Origin: an uncultured Tenacibaculum sp. | GTDB lineage: Bacteria; Bacteroidota; Bacteroidia; Flavobacteriales; Flavobacteriaceae | Direction of reading: 5' to 3' | DNA: 64,000 nt | NCBI GenBank assembly: GCA_947504185.1 | Contig: CANNGJ010000006.1 | Coordinates: 22,797-86,796 of the forward strand | Part shown: positions 58,779 to 64,000 of the stretch, one piece after another | Layout of the letters: the number at the start of each line of letters is the position of its first letter | Numbering within the stretch: position 1 is the first letter of the stretch | Notes under the pieces: model-generated | Seen by the model: the letters and a program-made list of their open reading frames with translations, nothing else | Told to the model about the DNA's origin: nothing | Databases searched by the model: none | Translations under genes and position numbers: made by a program

Positions 58779-60506
58779 ATGACTTTAACCTCTCTTGATT
58801 ATTCAATCATCATAGGATTTTTTATCCTTTCATTAGCAATCGGTATTTGGGCTTCTAAATCCGCTGGAAAAAACAGTGCTGAGTTCTTTTTATCAGGAAG
58901 AAATATGCCTTGGTGGTTATTAGGAGTTTCGATGGTAGCTACTACGTTTGCAGCAGATACCCCAGGATTAGTCACTGAATTAGTTCGTAAGAATGGGGTT
59001 TCTGGTAACTGGGTTTGGTGGGCGATGCTACTTACAGGTATGCTTACCGTATTTTTTTATGCAAAATTATGGCGTAAATCAGGAATTACAACTGATTTAG
59101 AGTTTTACGAATTACGTTACTCTGGTAAAACAGCAGGTTTCTTAAGAGGATTTAGAGCTATTTATTTGGGAGTTATTTTTAATATCATTACCATGGCAGG
59201 TGTTTGTTTAGCAGGTGCTAAAATTGCAAACATCTTATTAGGAATCTCACAAGGGGAAATGCTTTTATACTCATCAATAATTGTTGTTATTTATTCTTCT
59301 TTAGGTGGATTAAAAGGCGTTTTACTTACCGATTTTGTTCAATTTTTAATTGCAATGATTGGTTCAGTTTGGGCAACTGTTTATATTGTAAATCTTCCTG
59401 AAATAAATGGTTTATCAAATTTATTATCTCACCCTAATGTCAGTGGTAAATTAGCGATGCTACCAGATTTTTCGAATACCGAAGCTTTAATTACATTATT
59501 TATAATTCCATTTGCAGTACAGTGGTGGAGTACTTGGTATCCAGGTGCAGAACCTGGTGGAGGCGGATATATCGCGCAACGTATGTTAGCTGCTAAGGAT
59601 GAAAAAAACGCAACTTGGGCTACTTTATTTTTCAATTTTGCGCATTACGCATTGCGCCCTTGGCCATGGATTATAGTCGGATTAGCTTCTTTAATCATTT
59701 TTCCAAGTTTAGAAAGCATGAATCAAGCATTTCCAAGTTTAACAATCGATATGCAAGGACATGACGTAGGTTATGCTGCTATGATGACATATCTCCCTGC
59801 TGGACTTATAGGTATTGTGTTAACATCATTAATTGCTGCTTTTATGAGTACAATTTCTACACAATTAAACTGGGGAAGTTCATATTTAGTAAATGATTTT
59901 TATAGTAGATTTATAAATAAAGATGCTTCAGAAAAACAAAAAGTAGTTGTTGGTAGAATATCAACTGTATTATTAATGCTATGTGCTGCGTTATTTTCTT
60001 TTTACCTTCAGTCTGCCAAAGATGTATTTGACTTATTATTGCAAATAGGTGCAGGTACAGGTTTATTATTCATTTTACGTTGGTTTTGGAGCAGAATAAA
60101 TCCTTATAGTGAAATAGCAGCAATGGCAATTTCATTCATTATAGCTGTATTCTTTTTTGTAAACGGAAAACTAGAAAATCCTATTATTGAAATTGCTGGC
60201 TATTGGCAATTAATCATTGGTGTTTTTGTAACAACTATCGGATGGATTCTTGTTACACTTTTAACACAACCTACAGATAAAGAAACTATCAATAAATTTG
60301 AAACCTTAATTTTTGAAGGAGAAGATAAGTTTAAAAACATTGGAGTAAAAATAGTTGGTTTTATTACCGGTACAATTGGTGTTTACAGTTTCTTATTTGC
60401 CACTGGAAACTGGATTTACGGTAAAACACTCTTAGCCTTGGGGTTATCAATATTAACGTTAATCTGTATGTTTATTCTTCTTAAAATTTGGAAACGAATA
60501 TCATAA
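58779..60506 (+). CDS. sodium:solute symporter (SSS) family transporter
   Basis: 575 aa with about 13-14 TM helices. EFFLSGRNMPWW near the N-terminus is typical of the SSS family. Confidence 0.85.
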   Translation: MTLTSLDYSIIIGFFILSLAIGIWASKSAGKNSAEFFLSGRNMPWWLLGVSMVATTFAADTPGLVTELVRKNGVSGNWVWWAMLLTGMLTVFFYAKLWRKSGITTDLEFYELRYSGKTAGFLRGFRAIYLGVIFNIITMAGVCLAGAKIANILLGISQGEMLLYSSIIVVIYSSLGGLKGVLLTDFVQFLIAMIGSVWATVYIVNLPEINGLSNLLSHPNVSGKLAMLPDFSNTEALITLFIIPFAVQWWSTWYPGAEPGGGGYIAQRMLAAKDEKNATWATLFFNFAHYALRPWPWIIVGLASLIIFPSLESMNQAFPSLTIDMQGHDVGYAAMMTYLPAGLIGIVLTSLIAAFMSTISTQLNWGSSYLVNDFYSRFINKDASEKQKVVVGRISTVLLMLCAALFSFYLQSAKDVFDLLLQIGAGTGLLFILRWFWSRINPYSEIAAMAISFIIAVFFFVNGKLENPIIEIAGYWQLIIGVFVTTIGWILVTLLTQPTDKETINKFETLIFEGEDKFKNIGVKIVGFITGTIGVYSFLFATGNWIYGKTLLALGLSILTLICMFILLKIWKRIS

Positions 60507-60548
60507 AAAAAGCCCCTTAAAATAACTTTATTTTAAGGGGCTTTTTTT
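60505..60548. terminator. bidirectional terminator
   Basis: AAAAAAAGCCCCTTAAAAT...ATTTTAAGGGGCTTTTTTT between convergent genes. Confidence 0.85.
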
Positions 60549-61917
60549 ATCTAATCGCTTTATTGTAGTTAGATATTATTTTTTGAACTCTTTCATTTTC
60601 ATACACCGTAGGATATAATTCCTTAACTATTGAATGATACTCATAATCAATAGCTAATGCATTTTTTAAATGTGTTAAACTATAATCTTCCTTATCAAGA
60701 ATCATAAACAAACCACATAAACGATATTCCACTTCTGCGAATTCTTTATAAATTTTCTTAGCTTGAATCAACCTTCTTAAAGCCTCATTAAATTCTCCTA
60801 AAAATAATAATATATCCGATAAAGCAACATAAATTTCAATTTCTTGATCTCCTAAATCTATACAGGTAGAAAACGCCTTAACAGCCTCTTCGTAAAAATT
60901 AAGTTTTAAGTTAATATCACCATATCTTCTCCAATACAATCCATTAGTTTCATCAATTTGAATCGCTTTATTTATATAGTATAATGCTTTCTGATAGTTC
61001 TTTTCGTTATAACAAACGTTAGTTAACAAAATCCATGCTCTATCTAACAAAGGATCTTCATGTACTGCTTTTTTATAAAAATGTATCGCAGTATGAGCAT
61101 TATTAAGTTTCTCATAACACTGCCCTATTCTTACATATGCAAAAGCTGTTGGGTCATCTAATTCTAAAGTGATTAAATAATTTTTTATCGCCTCCTCATA
61201 ATCCTTTAACTCTTCTAAGGTTTTTGCTTTTTCTAGGTAACCACCAATAAAACTTTCGTCAATTAATACAGCGTAATCAAAAGATGTTAACGCTTCTTTA
61301 AACCTACCAAGTTCAAAATATTGTTTTCCTAATTGATGCCATGCAACTTCACAATACGGGTTCTTATCTACATAAGCGTTTAAATATCGTATTGCATCTT
61401 CATGGCTTCCTTCCATATCAAAACAATATACAAGGTTATACAGCGAAGAATAATCTTCAAAATCAACCTCAATACATTTTGCAAAGTTTAAACGAGCATT
61501 TTCGAAATCATCTAAATACAGATACTCCATCCCCATCATTGACCAAACATCTGATGGGTCTTCAATATATTGCAAAGACTCCTTTAAAATTGAAATAGCT
61601 TCAGCATGCTTATTCTTTTTAGAAAGAATAACAGCTTTCTGAATAAACACCTCATCATTATGAGGTTCTAGAGCTTCAATTTTTGTAAGCATTTTAATTG
61701 CTTCTTGCAATTCATTCTCGAAAATTAAGAGTTCAACTCGCATTAATTTTAACTGAATTGAAGAAGGATGCTGTTCCAAACCTAGTTGTACAGCTTTTTT
61801 TGCCAACGAATGTTTACCTATATTTAAATAATGCTCTATGATTGTTTCAAATTCAACAGCATCAAAAAAATATACATCGTTGGTTTTCAACATTGATTCA
61901 AATTTTGATAAAGACAT
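60547..61917 (-). CDS. tetratricopeptide-repeat protein
   Basis: Ten or more 34-aa TPR-like units (A..Y..A/L pattern) across 456 aa. Confidence 0.8.
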   Translation of the reverse strand: MSLSKFESMLKTNDVYFFDAVEFETIIEHYLNIGKHSLAKKAVQLGLEQHPSSIQLKLMRVELLIFENELQEAIKMLTKIEALEPHNDEVFIQKAVILSKKNKHAEAISILKESLQYIEDPSDVWSMMGMEYLYLDDFENARLNFAKCIEVDFEDYSSLYNLVYCFDMEGSHEDAIRYLNAYVDKNPYCEVAWHQLGKQYFELGRFKEALTSFDYAVLIDESFIGGYLEKAKTLEELKDYEEAIKNYLITLELDDPTAFAYVRIGQCYEKLNNAHTAIHFYKKAVHEDPLLDRAWILLTNVCYNEKNYQKALYYINKAIQIDETNGLYWRRYGDINLKLNFYEEAVKAFSTCIDLGDQEIEIYVALSDILLFLGEFNEALRRLIQAKKIYKEFAEVEYRLCGLFMILDKEDYSLTHLKNALAIDYEYHSIVKELYPTVYENERVQKIISNYNKAIR

Positions 61918-62124
61918 AGGCTAAAGATTTGAATTTATATAAAATTACTACAAGAACGATGCCTTTTTACTTACAATCCTTTTTGTTTTCAACAATTTAA
62001 TTAACAATAACAACCCATTCAGTATATTTATTTTCTTGCTATTTGAAAGAACAAATTATTTTTCTATATTTGGAATGATTAAAAAATTCAAACAAGATTA
62101 ACATCTAATTTTAAACAAAAAATC

Positions 62125-62466
62125 ATGAGTAAATTTGACGAAAAAGTAGAATTGTATAAAAAATTCATGGACGATAGAGATATTCGTTCTAACACTGATT
62201 TATTAAAAGCAGTTACTAAAGGTTTAGGTCCATCTATTTATAAAAAAGATGCTGAAACTGTATCTGGTTCTGATCCTAAAGAATTAGAAACTGTTAAGAA
62301 AAATTTCTTAATGAAAAAATTAGGTTTAGCTGATAGTCCTGAATTAGACAAGGCAATTGACGAAGTAATGGAAAGAATAGGTAGATCTGAAAGAAATAAA
62401 TACCGTGCAGTTGTTTACTATATGTTAGCTAAGAAATTTGACAAAGAAGGAGTTTACGGAATGTAA
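62125..62466 (+). CDS. DUF2853-family protein
   Basis: MSKFDEKVELYKKFM...LGPSIY..DAE.VSGSDPKELETVKKNFLMKKLGL matches my recollection of that family. Confidence 0.6.
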   Translation: MSKFDEKVELYKKFMDDRDIRSNTDLLKAVTKGLGPSIYKKDAETVSGSDPKELETVKKNFLMKKLGLADSPELDKAIDEVMERIGRSERNKYRAVVYYMLAKKFDKEGVYGM

Positions 62467-62489
62467 TCTTTCTTATCTTTATAAAAACT

Positions 62490-62523
62490 AAATCCTGTAT
62501 TACATTTAATACAGGATTTTTCT
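62490..62523 (+). terminator. intrinsic terminator
   Basis: AAATCCTGTATT-ACATTT-AATACAGGATTT plus a T-run. Confidence 0.8.
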
Positions 62524-62553
62524 ATTTTAGCCATCAACAAACAACAATTTAAT

Positions 62554-63978
62554 ATGTCGCAATTTATTAGTGTTTTTGATATGCTAAAAATTGGTGTGGG
62601 GCCTTCAAGCTCACACACTTTAGGTCCTTGGAGAGCTGCTCAACAATGGATAGAAAAATTAAAAAAGACTTCTCTTTTTTCTACTATTGACGGGATTAAA
62701 ATTGATCTTTATGGCTCTTTATCTCTTACTGGAAAAGGGCATGCGACAGATTTAGCTGTTCTACTAGGTTTAAGTGGTACAGATCCTGAATATATTCCTG
62801 TTGGTGATATCGAGGCTATTATTAATCAAATAAAAGAAACAAAAACATTAAATTTCAATGCTGAAAAATCAATTATATTTTCTGTTGAAAATGTAGTTTT
62901 CAATAAAGACTTTTTGCCATTTCATTCTAATGGAATGACCTTTAGAGGTTTTTCAAAAGGAAAAGAAATATCAACAGAAACCTACTACTCTATTGGTGGT
63001 GGTTTTGTAATTCAAGAAACAGTTGAAACTTCTTCAAGCACTCAAATTAACAAACAAAACTTTCCGTATCCAATAAATAGAGCTACTGAATTAGAGGCTT
63101 ATTGCGAAAAAGAAAATAAGACAATTTCAGAAATTGTTTTTCAAAACGAATTAGTTTTAAAGACTGCTGATGAAATTGACACTGAACTACAACGTGTTTG
63201 GGGTACCATGTTAGAATGCATGTATATTGGTTGCCATACCGAAGGTATTTTACCTGGCGGATTAAATGTTAAACGTAGAGCTTTTGAAACTCACAAAAAG
63301 TTAATTAAAGATTCCTCTTACAACAATGAGCAAGAATGGATCACTGCAATTAGAGGTACAGAAGTTAAGTTTCGCGAAATATTAAAATGGGTAAGCTGTT
63401 TAGCCTTATCTGTAAATGAAGTAAATGCATCGTTAGGTAGAGTTGTTACTGCACCAACAAACGGAAGTGCCGGTGTTATTCCTGCGGTTTTAATGTACTA
63501 TTTAGTAATTGAAAATCACAAAGCAGATTTTGAACAGATTAAAAAATTCTTATTAGTTGCTGGAGAGGTTGGAAGTATTTTTAAGAAAAATGCAACTATC
63601 TCTGCTGCTATGGGTGGATGTCAAGCTGAAATCGGCGTATCATCAGCAATGGCTGCTGCTGCCTTAACTGAACTTTTAGGTGGAACTCCTGAGCAATGTT
63701 TAGTTGCTGCTGAAATTGCAATGGAGCATCATTTAGGTTTAACCTGTGACCCTATTGGAGGTTTAGTTCAAGTACCTTGTATTGAACGTAATGCCATGGG
63801 AGCTATCAAAGCTATTAATGCTGCAGAATTAGCTTTAGAAACAAACCCTGAAGATTCATTAGTTCCACTAGATAAAGTGATAGACACTATGTGGGAAACA
63901 GCAAAAGACATGAATCGTAACTACAAAGAAACTTCTGAAGGAGGTTTAGCTATTACAGTAGGTTTAGCCGATTGTTAG
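62554..63978 (+). CDS. sdaA: L-serine ammonia-lyase, iron-sulfur-dependent, single chain
   Basis: VGPSSSHTLGP, TGKGHATD, APTNGSAG, CQAEIG and CDPIGGLVQVPCIERNA motifs. Confidence 0.95.
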   Translation: MSQFISVFDMLKIGVGPSSSHTLGPWRAAQQWIEKLKKTSLFSTIDGIKIDLYGSLSLTGKGHATDLAVLLGLSGTDPEYIPVGDIEAIINQIKETKTLNFNAEKSIIFSVENVVFNKDFLPFHSNGMTFRGFSKGKEISTETYYSIGGGFVIQETVETSSSTQINKQNFPYPINRATELEAYCEKENKTISEIVFQNELVLKTADEIDTELQRVWGTMLECMYIGCHTEGILPGGLNVKRRAFETHKKLIKDSSYNNEQEWITAIRGTEVKFREILKWVSCLALSVNEVNASLGRVVTAPTNGSAGVIPAVLMYYLVIENHKADFEQIKKFLLVAGEVGSIFKKNATISAAMGGCQAEIGVSSAMAAAALTELLGGTPEQCLVAAEIAMEHHLGLTCDPIGGLVQVPCIERNAMGAIKAINAAELALETNPEDSLVPLDKVIDTMWETAKDMNRNYKETSEGGLAITVGLADC

Positions 63979-64000
63979 ATTATTTTATTTCAATAGGTTT

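Overview
AT-rich 64-kb chromosomal window, most likely from a Flavobacteriia (Bacteroidota) genome. That placement is an inference from gene content (TPR-His_kinase/LytTR pair, LptD-like OstA protein, SPOR amidase, many lipoproteins) and TAnnTTTG-type -7 boxes. I count about 70 protein genes and found no rRNA, tRNA, CRISPR array, transposase or integrase. All family calls come from motifs read by eye; no search was run.

Layout:
- 1-9.9 kb: truncated bestrophin gene, an egtD-egtB ergothioneine pair at the end of a same-strand array (SnoaL-like, PAD-like lipocalin, radical SAM, NmrA-like, DoxX), then AraC and fadH.
- 10-23.2 kb: a 13-kb single-strand array of redox, electrophile-stress and hydrolase genes (amidohydrolase, MBL, alginate-export porin, TMEM175 channel, two pirins, MarR, Cys-less glutaredoxin fold, CDGSH, FMN reductase, FAD monooxygenase, OsmC, three DoxX-like proteins), with a divergent MarR-GNAT fusion.
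- 24.5-31.1 kb: glyoxylate shunt aceB-aceA, a divergent RamB/ScfR-like regulator, and an acyl-CoA carboxyltransferase.
- 31-41.8 kb: envelope and signalling genes.
- 41.8-42.9 kb: a 1.1-kb gene-poor island.
- 43.2-48.3 kb: menaquinone operon (menE, menC, menA) with three embedded uncharacterised genes.
- 48.4-64 kb: housekeeping genes (Fe-S pair, MlaD, amidase, LptD-like, RidA, mgsA, gap, pfkA, SSS transporter, sdaA).

Most notable observations:
- An unannotated 45-codon gene in the gene-poor island. It has a canonical double-glycine leader, its own -7 box and its own terminator, but no exporter or modifying enzyme in the window.
- Two envelope genes broken exactly at simple repeats: (TA)6 in the alginate-export porin, and an A9 run that is also an in-phase A_AAA_AAA heptamer in a DUF3352-like gene.
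- A roughly 33-nt promoter/operator architecture shared by two operons of the redox island.
- Three direct repeats with an 18-bp period in the aceB/regulator control region.
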